DNA of 64,000 bases from the human T2T-CHM13v2.0 reference genome, Homo sapiens. Location: assembly GCF_009914755.1 (NCBI RefSeq), contig NC_060935.1. One strand, given 5' to 3'. Below the pieces are notes generated by a model. It saw only the letters and a list, made by a program, of their open reading frames with translations, was not told the origin of the DNA and did not search any database. The translations under genes were made by a program, and so were the position numbers. Below are positions 1 through 19,890 of the stretch, one piece after another. Each line of letters starts with the position of its first letter. Within the stretch, counting starts at the first letter, position 1.

Positions 1-1022
1 ATTTGTCTCTTCTCTCTCCTCCCCTTTTTTTCCCTGCCATTTACCCAAAGGAGAAAACAAAACCATTTCATTATCTTTTAACATTACTTAAAAATCGTCT
101 TCAAAAAAGGAAACCAAATTTCATGTTTGCATTACAGCATCTTTAATGTTAAAGCTAGTTATTTAAATAAAATTTTATATTTCTATCCAGTTTTAATTAA
201 TTTGGCCATAAGGTAAGATTTTCATTAACTTTTTAGAACACTTTACAATTTTCCATCAAATAGCAGATTAATTTTCTAAGAAAACCCTGTTACTTGGACA
301 CATGGGCCCAGATTCTGGTCCCACATCAGTATGATTTTAATGTGTTAACCTGTGGAAAAAACCTAAATAATTTCTCTTAAATCTTAGCCACCTTGTTTAT
401 ACCCACAGAATTTTTTCATAAAATTAACCAAACCCTTTTCACTTTGCTTAAGACTTCAGTTTTGTCCCATTACTCTTTTAGGTTAAGACAATCTATAAAA
501 TCCTCTGAACTGGACAAAATTACATTCTCTTTAACAAAATCCATATTCCTATGCCTTCTTATAATCTTTTACCAAAAACACCTTCCCTATACACCTTGTA
601 CGTAAAACTGTTTCTCCAGTGGTCTCAACTACATATTATACTGTTAACTCTTACTCCTTTTAGCATAGCTAGTAGGCATGGCTCTCCATATGTTCCCAGG
701 CCTTATTTATAACCTAATGCTCCAAAGTAGGTAAATTGAACAATTTTCAAAAGTCAAACAGTTTGACCTTAAAGCATTTAGCAAATCTGATATCTGACCT
801 TAATTTAGACCAAATGTCTACATTTTCAAGACATTTTATTTTACCAATAATCCTTAAAACTGTCTTTATTTCCAAAAGATTACTAAAGTCACGTGAACAA
901 AAAGGCATTAAAGCTTCTTTTTTCTGACAAAATGTTTGATTTAAGTGCTTTTTCTAAGCCAATTAATCAGAGCTCTTTTATAGATAAACATACAACACAT
1001 ACAAAAATGCAGACAGAAGATT
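1..1022 (-). mobile_element. ERV1 internal sequence (HUERS-P1-like), segment 3' of the L1 insertion; continues beyond the window
   Basis: AT-rich non-coding sequence typical of MER4-group internal regions. The L1 TSD joins it to 6531-9410, which runs up to an LTR8. Confidence 0.65.
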
Positions 1023-1265
1023 CAATGCTTGTAAAATTTTTCTTTTTTTTTCTTTTATTTTTATTATACTTTAAGTTTTAGGGTACATGTGCACAACGTG
1101 CAGGTTTGTTACCTATGTATACATGAGCCATGTTGGTGTGCTGCACCCATTAACTCGTCATTTAGCATTAGGTATATCTCCTAATGCTATCCCTCCCCCG
1201 CCCCCACCCCACAACAGGCCCCGGTGTGTGATGTTCCCCTTCCTGTGTCCATGTGTTCTCATTGT

Positions 1266-5095
<3,830 letters not shown>

Positions 5096-5143
5096 TTATT
5101 TTGCTCATTTGTTGATGCAGTTTCTTCCTAGCCTCGATGGTCT

Positions 5144-6160
5144 TTACAATTTGGCATATTTTTGCAGTGGCTGGTACCAGTTGTTCCTTTCCATGTTTAG
5201 TGCTTCCTTCAGGAGCTCTTTTAGGGCAGGCCTGGTGGTGACAAAATCTCTCAGCATTTGCTTGTCTGTAAAGTATTTTATTTCTCCTTCACTTATGAAG
5301 CTTAGTTTGGCTGGTTATGAAATTCTGGGTTGAAAATTCTTTTCTTTAAGAATGTTGAATATTGGCCCCCACTCTCTTCTGGCTTGTAGAGTTTCTGCCA
5401 AGAGATCAGCTGTTAGTCTGATGGGCTTCCGTTTGTGGGTAACCTGACCTTTCTCTCTGGCTGCCCTTAACATTTTTTCCTTCATTTCAACTTTGGTGAA
5501 TCTGACAATTATGTGTCTTGGAGTTGCTCTTCTCGAGGAGCATCTTTGTGGCGTTCTCTGTATTTCCTGAATTTGAATGTTGGCCTGCCTCGCTAGATTG
5601 GGGAAGTTCTCCTGGATAATATCCTGCAGAGTGTTTTCCAACTTGGTTCCATTCTCCCCGTCACTTTCAGGTACACCAATCAGATGTAGATTTGGTCTTT
5701 TCACACAGTCCCATATTTCTTGGAGGGTTTGTTCGTTTCTTTTTATTCTTTTTTCTCTAAACTTCTCTTCTCACTTCATTTCATTCATTTCGTCTTCCAT
5801 CGCTGATACCCTTTCTTCCAGTTGATTGCATTGGCTACTGAGGCTTGTGCATTCGTCACGTAGTTCTAGTGCCATGGTTTTCAGCTCCATCAGGTCCTTT
5901 AAGGACTTCTCTCCATTGGTTATTCTAGTTAGCCATTCATCTAATTTTTTTTCAAGGTTTTTAATTGCTTTGCCATTGGTTCGAACTTCCTCCTTTAGCT
6001 CGGAGTAGTTGGATCTTCTGAAGCCTTCTTCTCTCAACTCGTCAACATCATTCTCTGTCCAGCTTTGTTCCGTTGCTGATGAGGAGCTGCGTTCCTTTGG
6101 AGGAGAAGGGGTGCTCTGATTTTTAGAGTTTCCGGTTTTTCTGCTCTGTTTTTCCCCCAT
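5144..6160 (-). pseudogene. L1 ORF1 (RNA-binding/chaperone protein), in frame but with nonsense codons
   Basis: 1017-nt span starting MGEKQSRKTGNSKNQS, with ARREWG. In-frame stops at 5771 (codon 130) and 5315 (codon 282). Confidence 0.95.
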
Positions 6161-8980
6161 CTTTGTGGTTTTATCTACCTTTTGTCTTTGATGATGGTGA
6201 CGTACAGATGGGTTTTTGGTGCAGATGTCCTTTCTGTTTTAGTTTTCCTTCTAACAGTCAGGACCCTCAGCTGCAGGTCTGTTGGAGTTTGCTGGAGGTC
6301 CACTCCAGACCCTGTTTACCTGGGTGTCAGCAGTGGTGGCTGCAGAACAGCGGATATTGGTGAACCGCAAACGTTTCTGCCTGATCGTTCTTCTAGAAGT
6401 TTTGTCTCAGAGGAGCACCTGGCCGTGTGAGGTGTCAGTCCACCCCGTAGGGGATGCCTCCCAGTTAGGCTACTCGGGTGTCAGGGACCCACTTGAGGAG
6501 GCAGTCTGCCCAGTGCTTGTAAAATTTTTCAATTGCCAGTTTCTTAATTGGATTACTGGCTTCAGGGTGGAGCCCTTGGAGGAACAGGGCCAGGAAAGCA
6601 TGCATTTCTAGGGCCAAATAAGCAGCTGAAGGCAAAGACAGTTCCCCAAAATTAAGGGTGCCATTTTATACTGGATCCTGGATCCCCAAAAGGAGGGAAA
6701 GACTATGGGAGAAGATAGTGCAGTGCTTCTACCCTGCATTTCAGCATTTCATTGCAAGGCAACCCAAAGCCAATCAGCCCATTTTGTAATCACCCCATCT
6801 CTCATGAGGGAGTCTCATCTCCCATTTGGGGATGAGGATGTTTCCTTGTCTTCCAGGTGGCCACGAGCCTGCTTCTCTGATCCAAGTGTGCTAAGAGTCA
6901 AGTATCCCTCCCTAACTACTGTTAGCCATCCCTTAAAGTGTATTTCCTACCTAGTTATAATGTGAAGTAATTTGATACCCCCAAAACTCAAAACCTTCAG
7001 ATAACACAATGCAAAACAGAACACAGCCTTTGATTTTGAGAGGGATTTATCTGCTTTTAATTCCTTGGGTTTCATGAGGAAAACAGAGGGGTTTTTTTTT
7101 TCCCCAAAATGGGGCCTGTGGCACCTCCTCTGTTTTCCCAATGAGTCCGAGGCTACCGGAAGTTATCTTAGGGCCTCTCCTGTGTGCATTAAGTGTGGCA
7201 AGACAAAAAAAAGAAAAAAAAGAAAAAAAAGGAGAAAAATAATTCAGTCAATTGAGAAGAAAAAACCTTTTTCCAGAAAAACAAGTTCCAAGAAGAGAAA
7301 AACATAAAGGCCTTTTAAATATATCTGTAGCTTGTTTATCCACTTTTAATTAAGCTGATTTTTAATCATAGTGCTCTCTAAAAAAGAAATCCTTTCAAAT
7401 CTCTTATTACCTGACTTTATCCATGCCAAGTGGCCAATATTTCTAGCTTCTAAACTTTATGAAAGGTAACCTCCTAGGTGCTTCAAAGGCATGGTAAGCA
7501 GTTTCTTTTTTTATAGGAGTTAGAAGCTCTACAAGATAGTTCAGAGAAAGGAAAATTAAAGAGAGGAAATCAGAAGATAACCATGGGTGGGGGGAGGGGG
7601 AGACTCAATAAATGGCAAAGTTACACAAATAACAAACCAGAAAGGAATCATTCCAGAAGCCAACAATTGAACCTAGGCCACCACTGTCAGAAGATAAAGC
7701 CTTAGCTACTGAGCTGTACAGCATTGAGCAGTTTCTATTGCTTTTCCCAGAAGGAGCCTAGAGAAGCCAGTTTCAAGCTTTCAAGGCTTTAACTGCTCAC
7801 AAAAAATTTTTAGGACTAACTATGACAAGAACCCCCAAATTCCTGTCCTCTGGATGGTGGAAATCAAAAGAAAGTATTCCCACATGGTCACTAAGTTAAG
7901 CTGTTAAGGACACAAAACAAGACAGAGAAATTTCCTACAGTATTGGTTTCAGGGACCCATAGCAAAGTTTGTAACTGACCAGCCTGCCAGGCTGGCTTGA
8001 AAAGCAGGGTTATAGGGGTCCTAAACCCACATGCTATCCTATGATACCCCTGTCTCCATTACAGAACACAGAAAGACAAATTCTTATTACAAAGTACACC
8101 AGATTTGCTACAGCCTAAGACTAGTCTCACAAATCCTTTTTTCTATTAATCAAACCCTTGCAGAGGACACCAGTAGTTTACTGTTTTACTCAAACAGAGA
8201 AAGAGAGAGCAAGCAGAAACTTGGCTGGTAAGAATTTCTTACCCTTTTTGCTGGCATACCAGGTTTCTAGGTTCCCTTTCTCTGCAGTTTCCAGAAGAAC
8301 CGAGTGGCTTCTGGCGACCCTGCTCACTTGTGCTATAGCTGGGGATTCAAGCCACTTTACAAGAGAAAATTACCCTTTACTGTCTTACAGAACCATAGGC
8401 AAGGTTCTTAATTTGCAAGATGCTGCCCAATGGGCTGCATGGGAAACTGAATTAACATTTTCCGTTCCAGCAAAACACACATAACAAAACAGACATTACT
8501 TACCTTGTTCAGCACCCACTATCAGCCTGGCAAAGCTCAAACTTTTTCCCATTGGTCCCTGTCATCTTTGATCTACTCTATATGGGGACAGATGACCTCT
8601 GAAGGGTAATTCATATTGGGGTCTCTGGGAAAGGCAAAGAGCAGACAGGCACTCCGAGACAGGCCTGTTAAGCCCTCTTTAGGGTTCATTGAATGTGACC
8701 AGACGAATAAGGAGGGTTCTCTGAGTTAGGCCTGCTGGACTTCCATCAGCAACCCCTCTGAGATCCCTTCCACATATGCAAACACACACAAAGATGAGAC
8801 AGACAGAAGGCCTTCCAAATCAGATCCCTAACCAAGAGCTCCAAGAATATCCCTTATTCCAAACTATCCTCCTATTCTCCGTCTGAGAAACCGCCTCAAA
8901 ATCTTTCTGATTGAGAAGTCTCCAAAGCCAGGACTCTTCCTACTAGTTAGAAAGAGCCAACTGAGACCCCCAGGAGCCGA

Positions 8981-10454
<1,474 letters not shown>

Positions 10455-10579
10455 CTGACACGTGTAAGAATTCCAAAAGTATTTCAGAGATTGAAAGACT
10501 TGTTTCTTATTCCTGTTCAAAGTACTTGTCACATGAAATACATTAAATCCAAGATTCTCTGATTCTCTCACTGTTGTAA

Positions 10580-10589
10580 AACACACACA

Positions 10590-10622
<33 letters not shown>
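10580..10622. repeat. (CA)n microsatellite
   Basis: Direct reading. Confidence 0.97.
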
Positions 10623-10625
<3 letters not shown>

Positions 10626-10721
10626 TTGGTCTCCAGTGACTGGGGAGGAGTCGTTTGCTCTCACAGATTATTGTATTCTACACACAATTCTTCAATTAAA
10701 TGAATGTTTAGAAGTCACAAA

Positions 10722-11079
<358 letters not shown>

Positions 11080-12084
11080 TCAGCCTGCCTTTTTTTATTC
11101 CTTGGGCTAAATTGTTACATACTCTGCAAGGAAATGAGCATAGATATTTCCAAGACTAAACCATCATACCCAAGCAGTCAGTAATAAATATGATGAATGC
11201 CTAAATAAATTATGGCTAGAGTTGGTAAAGTAATTCTTCACCATCAGATGATTCCTGTAAAAAGCACTAAAGTGTCAATCTACATGAAGCCCCCGGCCCT
11301 GTTTCAAGTTATCTGTTAATTACACATCCCTCATTTATCCAGTGACTCTGCTATTATGGTAAGTGTCGGATTCATTTTATCCCATTGCTCAATAGATTTT
11401 AATTGCAGCTGCTGCAGCAGACACCTTGAGATACATTTCCTATTGAGACCGTGGCAGCCTGCTAGACTGGCCCAATGATGATTAATTTCAATGACTTGAA
11501 TCACTGAGAAGAAGGGAAGCCACTTCCATTTTAATTACATCTACAAGAGTGCAGCACTTTTATACCAGTTCATTGTCCTTAAACAAAAGAATACCTGAAA
11601 GGAAAACAAAATTCAGGGTATGGTGGTCTCTATTTGTACTGATCTCCTTTTTTCAGTTCATTGCACCACAACTCAGTCAGCTCTGTATTGGGAAATATTG
11701 GCAAGCCATTGGGATTTGCACACAGATTAGAAACCATGAAGAAAGCGTCATTCAGCTTGTTTTTGTTTATCTTACTTGGGCAATTAGAATCCATTGAGCG
11801 GGTTAAGATATGACACAGCATTTTGCCATCATCGCAGATGTTCCACATAAAAGGGTCAAGAATAATTAACTCTGACATGCATATGTATTTATTTATTGTT
11901 CCAGGGAGACAGAGCCAAAGACATTCTTGGGATTTTACAGAACACTCCATACTCATTCATACCCTTGGATGCTGGCACATGCTAGTCCCTTCTCTTCCCC
12001 ATCCATTTGGATAAAATTTTCCAGCAAAGGCCAGCTCAATTGTCATTTCCTCTGTCCTGCCTTGAGATAGGGGTGGAGTGAGGG

Positions 12085-12295
12085 TGGGGGTTGAAAGAGC
12101 AGAGGCCTTGGATGAGACATATCTGACTGGGACTGCCAGTGCTGTGTGACCTTGAGCAAGTTACTTAGGCTCTCTGAGCCACAGTTTCCTCATCTAAATG
12201 AAGAAAAATTAACATTCTCCTATGTTATTATCATGTGGATTAAATGAGATACTTTCTAGAAAGCACCCAGATTGATGCCTGGTCATAAAAGGGTG
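12085..12295 (+). mobile_element. MIR SINE
   Basis: Core ctgtgtgaccttgagcaagttacttaggctctctgagcc..agtttcctcatct. Confidence 0.85.
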
Positions 12296-12439
12296 TGATG
12301 GGTATAAGTCTACTTTCCTCTTCTGCACTTCTCGCAGTAGCACTTAAAAAAAAAAATCTCCTTTATGATGCTAATTGATCAGCAAGCCAGAAAACAGGAA
12401 TTTAGGCTCTGTCCTTTCCTCCTTCCCCTCCCCGCGTAA

Positions 12440-13465
12440 AAAGATGATGAAATGTATTTGTCTCTACTTCCTATTTCAGATTCATTCTCTTCTCTTCGTC
12501 CTCACTGCTAACTACCTTGATTCACACCTGGTTTCTTCATCCCTCACCTGAATTAATGCAGAAGACTCTTTACAGATCCCCACACCTCCCATCTGACCCT
12601 TCTATTGCATCTTCCATGAGGCTTGCACAGTGATCTTCCCTGCCCCTCCCCATAGGTGACCAACCATCCCAGTTTGTCCAGGACAGCAGGGGTTCCCAGG
12701 ATGTGAGACTTTTCAGTTTTAAAATCAGGACATTCCCAGGCAAACCAAGATGAGTTAGTCACCCTGCATCCCTTAGTTAAAATCTCTCAACAGTTTCTCA
12801 AAGATTCCAAGATAAACTTAAATTTGTCAGTGTAATACACAAAACTGTTTGTAATCTAGCCCTTCCTCTCTACCTTCATCTTCATCATGCCTCCGTATTT
12901 CCTGCACAAACACACACACCCTTTGCTTTGGCAATACTGGGCTCCTAGAACTTCCTCCGCAGATATTTCATGCTCTTTCTTGACTCCTTCTTTGTCTTTG
13001 CCCTTGCAGTTCCTTCCACTTGCAATGCCCATTCCCCTACTCCTTTCATCGGCTAGCTCCTTCAGATCCTGATGCATCATCTCCACTAATAAGTCACCCC
13101 TGAGAGTCTAACGTAGAAGCTCCTCTACTGTGACTTCTATCGCACCCTGTTTTAAACTCTGACCTGACATATCTTATGCTTCACTGTGATTATGATCTGC
13201 CTGCCCTAATAGACTGGGCAGTTCCTGAGGACAGGGACTATGCCTTCTTTAAGTCAGGGAGTTGACGCATGTCTGTGCTCATTATTGGCTGGACGAACAA
13301 ATAAGTTGTATATATTTGCCTTCTCACCTCCACTACTAAGTGACCTCCTCAAAGGCAGAAAGGACACATCTTGATTTTCTTTGATCTCTTGATTTTCTCC
13401 CCCAGCACCTGGTCCACAGCAGGGCTTAATTAAATGTTTTGAATATATGAATGAATGAATAAATA
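12440..13465 (+). mobile_element. L2 LINE 3' fragments (interrupted by MER81)
   Basis: Degenerate L2 3' motifs, e.g. ttcctgaggacagggactatg and cagcacctgg..aaatgttttgaatatatgaatgaatgaa. Confidence 0.7.
12652..12766. mobile_element. MER81-like hAT-Blackjack MITE
   Basis: ~115 bp with TIRs ggtgaccaacc / gttagtcacc and internal gggactttcag..aaaa pattern. Confidence 0.85.
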
Positions 13466-13868
13466 CATCTTTCTTTAGATATGAGCCTAGCTTTCCTGGT
13501 GAAATAAACTTCCCTTCAGTTTGTTCACTACCCCCTGCCCCAGCTGGCTGTGTGCCCTAGACAAGGAACTAGTTGTCAGAACTAAACATGGCCCCACACT
13601 GTCCCTCAAGTGGCCATCAGCCCGAAGACACTGGGGTCAGGACCTCTCCTATAGGCATGAACTCCAGAAGGAAAAAGATTTCTGTCCAAAGGCTGATTTC
13701 AGTCAAATCTAATAAAATTTTCAACTAGATTCCTTACACAATTAAATATAAAGACCACTAGCATATGGGGAGGAAAGCTACACCAGATGGCTTTCCCACT
13801 ACAAAGAGATGAAATATATGTCATTTCCACTTCCATAGTGGTTTAGTCTTCTTGGAGCTCAGCATTAA

Positions 13869-13912
13869 ACAGCTGGGAGCCCTTTCTGACAGCTGGGAGC
13901 CCTTTCTGACAG
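13869..13912. repeat. Perfect 20-bp tandem duplication (acagctgggagccctttctg x2 + acag)
   Basis: Direct reading. Confidence 0.95.
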
Positions 13913-16134
13913 TGCAGATTCCACTGCTGATGGCAGGAAGTCAGTATCAGGCAGCATCCATCCATTTTCTCCAACTACCTTTCCAGCCAACCACCTATGA
14001 CTTTCTCTCCTACAAAAGTTTTATGACAAGTTAAGTAGAAAGCTTAGCAATGAATAAGACCTCAAGGGATTTGGCAGGATGGAGAAAATGAGGAAAGTTT
14101 GGAATAACATTGATTGTTCCTGGGAATAAATGTAAAGTGGAAAAAGGTCTAAGGGCATTGTGGTCGCACAGACCAGGGATCAAAGCCTCACTCTTCCATG
14201 TAGAAGCCACCTGACCCCAGTTCACTGGGCCTGGGCTTCAGTTTTCTAATCTCAACAGGGAGAAGAATGACAAGACCTAGTTGGCACAGAGTATGTTCAG
14301 TACATTTTAGCTCTCTTCCCCTCTCTTGACTCCTATTGTATTTGCTAAAATGACACTTCTGGTCTGAAATGGATTTTTTCTTTTCCTCATGTGTGGGTTT
14401 TTTGTTTTTTGTTTTTAGTAATGATAACGCCCATAAATATTGTTTTAAATGAAATCAGATTTAGATATGCATTTTTAAATTACTTACTTTTGAATAGAAG
14501 GACAAGACTATGCTGAACAGAATAAAATTAGAATTGTCAAGGGGTACCTGGGAAATGTGACAGCTCTATCCATGAGGCAACCATGACAGCTAAAAAAATT
14601 GGTAACTTGTAATTGGCTTTGGGTCTCCAGTATATTCTGCTGTGAGTCTCACATTTGCTCTCCTAAGTCTCCCAAATGGAGAGGGGTCTCTAACACTCTT
14701 AAGCTCCCTGATATACCCCTTGATACCTGTCCCTGAGACTACTTGTTTCCATACACTATTGTTCCTGATATTCATTCACCTCCAAGTCCACTCATCTTTT
14801 AAAATCACATTTGAATAGGCATGTGTGAGAGAGGCTAACACACCTGTAAGTCAAAATCCCATGGCGCGCTGTAGAAGACATCCCAGTAAGGCTAAATGAG
14901 CAAGGGTTTCAGAATCAGAGGCCTAAATTCTAACCTTGGCCCCTTCATCTTTGTACAAGAGCAGCGCTTATGTCTGTGGGCTGTTATATAAAATCTACAA
15001 ATACCTGTCATTCAGTCCAGTTTCCCATTCAATGAGAAGCCCCTTTCATCACATTCCTAGCAGATAGTCACCCCATCTCTGCTTCAGTTCCTCCAGTGAC
15101 AGAGACCTCCCTTTTCTGAACTGCCATATAAGTTTGTGCAATTTGGGTATTGCACAAAAGCACCAACCTGAAGAGGCAAATGGGAGCTAAAATCGAGTCC
15201 CCATTCTGCACGTAAAGCTTGTTGCCTAAAAGGGATGCCTTTTTCTTATTTGACGGTCCATAAAAGGCTCCTTTTTCTAACCTCACAAAGGCACCATATA
15301 GACTATCAGTGACCCTGCCAGGTCAACACACTCCAGCGCTCACTGAAAAATAGAAGGAACTTCAACCTCTGCCATGAAGGATGTTGTTTCAGATGCCAAG
15401 TGGACAATGAGACTGTGTCCTTTGGCTCCTCTTAGCAAGGGCCACGACCCCAAATGAGCCCAGGTGTTGAGAGACCAGCAATTAGTTGCCGTCCAAGCTA
15501 GTGTCTCTGCAAGAGAAGAATATAACAAAATAAATAAAGACCTGCAGCAGCACACCATGCTTGATCATTTATCAAATTGCAAAATCTTATCCATGACTGT
15601 GAAATGGCTTTATAGTTAGGAAAATGTACTAATAATGTTATTAGGCAGCAATTAAACTTAAATTCCTTTTAACTGTATTTGATGTCATTCTTTTTCTGGG
15701 CCCATTAGACTAACATTAAGGTGTTTGTGCAGATAGCTCAGTCATTTCAAATTACTTTCTTGTCTAATGTGGGAGCCTTTAATAGCATACTCTTAGGTTG
15801 AATTCAATTTTGGAGACACCAGGCATGCTAATTAGATTGTCTCAGTGTTCCTTGCAGAAGAAGCCAAAGAAGAGCTATTTTTCTCCCTCTTCTGCTTAGC
15901 AATGTTCATGGAACACAACTTTCTGTGCAATTAGAGGTATAGACCCTTTACCACACAAAATCTCACTTGAACCGTAAGTATTGCTAGCAGACACAATGTC
16001 TGGTTAATATGCCACCATTGTTGAAATGTTTTTAAGTTCTCATTAGAGCCAGTAAGTTTTCTCCCCTATTATTCTGAGTATCGTAGCCAGTGTTTGTTCT
16101 GTCTCAGCATGTTAGAGTTGGAAGAGAGGGAGAA

Positions 16135-16335
16135 ATAAGTGAACATTTATTAGGCACCTACCATCTGCCAAGTTCTGGGTGAGATGTTTAATGCCTCCAA
16201 CAGCCCTGTGAGCTGTGGGTCATTATCTCCATTTACAGATGGGGAAACTTTGACTCAGAGAGGGTAAGTAAAGTGCCCAAGGTCTCACAGCTGGCAGGTT
16301 ATGGAGTTGGGATTTAAACAGATCTGACTCTAAAG
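16135..16335 (-). mobile_element. MIR SINE
   Basis: ccatttacagatggggaaact..ctcagagagggtaagtaaagtgcccaaggtctcacagct. Confidence 0.85.
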
Positions 16336-19300
16336 ATATGGTCTTCCCCTTCTCTTAGCTCCTCTGCTTACTGGTTTGGAAACTTAGAAAGTCACTTTAA
16401 CATCTTGATCATCAAGATCACATCTATAAAATATGATAATAATATTCACCCCCTCACAGTACATTGTATTTATCAAATATAGTAATAAACGTAAATGGCC
16501 CTTGGAGAAAGTGAAATGCTATACATATGTTGATGAAAAGCAACTCCTGAGGGACCTTAGTTTCCCCAGGCTGATATATGGATCAGATGGGATAGTATTA
16601 TGTCAAACATCCAGCCCACGGCCCAGAACTCAAACATTCAACCGAACAATAATTTCATCATCATTTCAACCAGCCTTAGTCCCTGGAAGCCTTCCAACTA
16701 TGTAATCTCTGCTCATTTACAGATTCCCTTTTCTAAGTCTCCTTTTTCATTGATCTATTAACATAAATTCTTTCTTCAAGTAGTCATTGCACTTGGCATT
16801 GATCTACTAACTTATAGCTATTACAATCATGATTGCAATTACCATTTGGCTCCCTGCAATGCTATCATCATTTTCTCTTGGTTACCATGATAAATCTTAC
16901 TAATAACTCCTGCCTCAGATCCTTTGTGGAATGAGGCAAGAGATTAATTTATTAATTGATGGATTAATGACTCATAACAGTTACAGTCATCATTAATTGC
17001 TATTACCTCTGAAGCATCAAATGGTTGAGGGGGAATAAGAGTAAGGCTAAGTGGAGTGTTTCTTCCTCTCAGAGGGCCAGCCTGGTAGAGAAGGTGAAAG
17101 CTGTCACCAGCCAGGCAGAGAAAGTAAATGTCACCTTGGGAGTATGAGTGTATTAAAACTGTTATGGCACAAACCACCGCTGTTCCAACCCATTCCTTTG
17201 TCTTCCCTGGCTCTGACTTGGCTTTCCCCATAACTACTGTGATTCTTTCAACATTAGACATCCAGCTCTGGGCTGCTGGCCCTTCCCTCATCCCAAGGTC
17301 ATTCTCCACCCAGGAATTCCTGAGAGCCAGCCAGGCAAGATAAGAAAACAACAGGCCTATTTGCCCCTCCAGCCTTTGGGATCCCTGAAAGCTCTGGTGA
17401 GTGCAGCAAGTAGCTACAAACTTGTCACCCTGTCTTTGAGAGATCACTCATCCTTGAGCCCTCAGATTCCGTGGAACCCATGGAAGACCAGAGCTCAAAG
17501 TCAGAAGAAGGGTACACCATGAAGAACCCAAACTTTTCATCAGTCCACACTGCCCCATCTCCATTCATACCCAGCTCTCCTGTGTAAGAAAGGTAACCCT
17601 TCCAGAGCCACATGAATCTCTTGTGCAACCCTCTTAGCCATGCAGCATTTCTGCTTAGATACAAGAGTGGTGCCAATGCAACGCACATGCTTTTGCTAAA
17701 TTATTCCCATCAAGGAAACAGTATTATACATTCTGCTTATCACAGGGTCTACCTGTAATGACCCCCCACCATCAGCAAAGCCAATCATTTTCCCTTAAAT
17801 ATTATAGCTATTGTTCATTACTATTGGCTATAGAGTTTAGTTTGAAGGTTTGCCCATAGCATATCCCCCATCCTTTACCATCCAAGATCTATATGTATGA
17901 ACTGTTTTTCCTCTATTTACTATCAACTTTGAATGTATGTGCCCCCCGCTCCTTTCTCCTAGAGAGCCTTTCTCATATAGACCTGACCTCTCTCATAACT
18001 CATCTATAGAATCTTGCAACCATTTTCCTGAAAAAACAATGGAAACAGACCAGGGGCTTGGTTCAGTGAAAATGTTAGTTAAACCTGAGTCTACATGGTA
18101 AAATGGATTATACATAGTTTACCAAACAGATGAAATGTATACACAGCTACCCCAAATAGCACACAGGCATCACTGCAGAGTAAAGTTGGGTTAATGATCA
18201 ATCCCTCCAAAACAGGGCATTAGGAAAGCCCTTGGCCTAGGCCAGTTGAATGGATTTTTCTTGGGCTTCTCCAGACTCCTTTTGTCTTTGTGATGGTTCT
18301 GTAGTTTCTGCTGATTGACCTCTGAACCCAAGATGAGCAGCGCCCCTTCTCATCAGACTGGCCACTTCCTTATATCAGAACTGATCAGAACATTGCAAAG
18401 AGTTATTTAATATGCCCGTCTAACTGATCTGGCAAAGTGGAAGGAAGACTGGGCAACCTTTCAATGCCAGACTTTGCATTTGATCTCATAGTCAGTAAAG
18501 ATTATTGAGCTGAGGAGTACATCTTGGTAATAACAATATGCATCTCCCTGAGTTGTCTGAGGATCAAATGAAATAATATATGCAAAATGAATTTGAAACC
18601 TATATAGGCCTGATGATTGTTATTATTTCTTTCTGAAGGAGTTCTTCCCCATTAGTGATTCCTGGCTTGTCTTTGGACTCCTCTTTCAGAAAAGCAAGCC
18701 AGACACATGTGACAAGTTAAACAGGCATAGAAGATATTTTTATCTGCTCAAGCCAACAACAGTAAATGCATCCAACACAGTGTGTGATTAATTGCCAAAT
18801 GAATTGTGAAAAGAATAATTGCCAGAAGAGTTTGAACAAGGGAGGGCTCAGCTCTAACAAGTGGGCAAGGGAAGAAGGAGGATCAGGAGAGGCTGTATAG
18901 AAGAACAGAGATTTTGTTTTTGGTCTTGTGGGCCAGATAGGATTTGGATTGGCAGGGAGAGGACATTCCAGGGAAGATAAGTTATGTATGGTTGGGTGGA
19001 CATGCTAGGGATTGGAGTGTTCAGGGAGCTGGGAGTGGGGGAGATGCATTTGATGTAGTGGGAAATTGTGAATGGTATTTTCTTTGACTCTGTACCTTTA
19101 ACCATGCCCTACATAATTGTGCCACCCACTCCAACCAGCCTCTCCAATCCTGGCTGTCCCATTTATCCAACACTCACTCCTGCTTATGCTGTACCCACCC
19201 TTTGCCATCCTGGCTCATCTTCATACCTAATCTTGACTACATTTCCCATTTATATCCTTGTGCAGGGCCCTGTGAACTTGATTCAAATTTTTGACCTCAG

Positions 19301-19478
19301 AGGTTTCTTCCTCAATTCCCACTCAAGCCTACAGAAGTAAAGCTAACACTAAGCCAGATCTTCGTGTGAGATCTTGAAATCTTCTATCTCCTTAAAGTAA
19401 TCCTGTGAAGTGAAATTTCTTTTACCCCCATTTTGCAGGAGAGGAAACTGAGGCTTGAGATGTTAATTGTGAGCACTG

Positions 19479-19890
19479 TGTATTATTAGTCCACTTTGCA
19501 TTGCTATAAAGGAATACCTGAGACTGGGTAATTTATAAAGAAAAGATATTTATTTGGCTCATGGCTCTGCAGGCCATACGAGCACAGCACTGGCATCTGC
19601 TCGGCTTCCGGTGAGGTCTCAGGAAGCTTTTACTCATGACGGAAGGCAAGGGGGAGCAGGCATGTCACAAGATGAGAGAAGGGGCAAGAGAGATGCCAGG
19701 CTCTTTTAAACAACCAGCTGTCCTGTGAACTAATAAGGTGAGAACTCACTCATTACCTCAGGGAAGGCACTAAGCCATTTATGAGGGATCCACCTGCATG
19801 ACCCAAACACCTCCCACCAGACCCAACTCCAACATTGAGGGTCACATTTCAACATGAGATTTGGAGGGGACAAATATCCAAACCATATCA
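19479..19890 (-). mobile_element. MSTB-like MaLR solo LTR inserted in a MIR (19395-19950)
   Basis: tgtatt..gctataaaggaatacctgagactgggtaattt ... ggacaaatatccaaaccatatca; MIR sequence on both sides. Confidence 0.9.

Noticed and set aside
17200-17700. Possible ancient LTR fragment
   Set aside because: Composition is suggestive but I cannot match it to a family.
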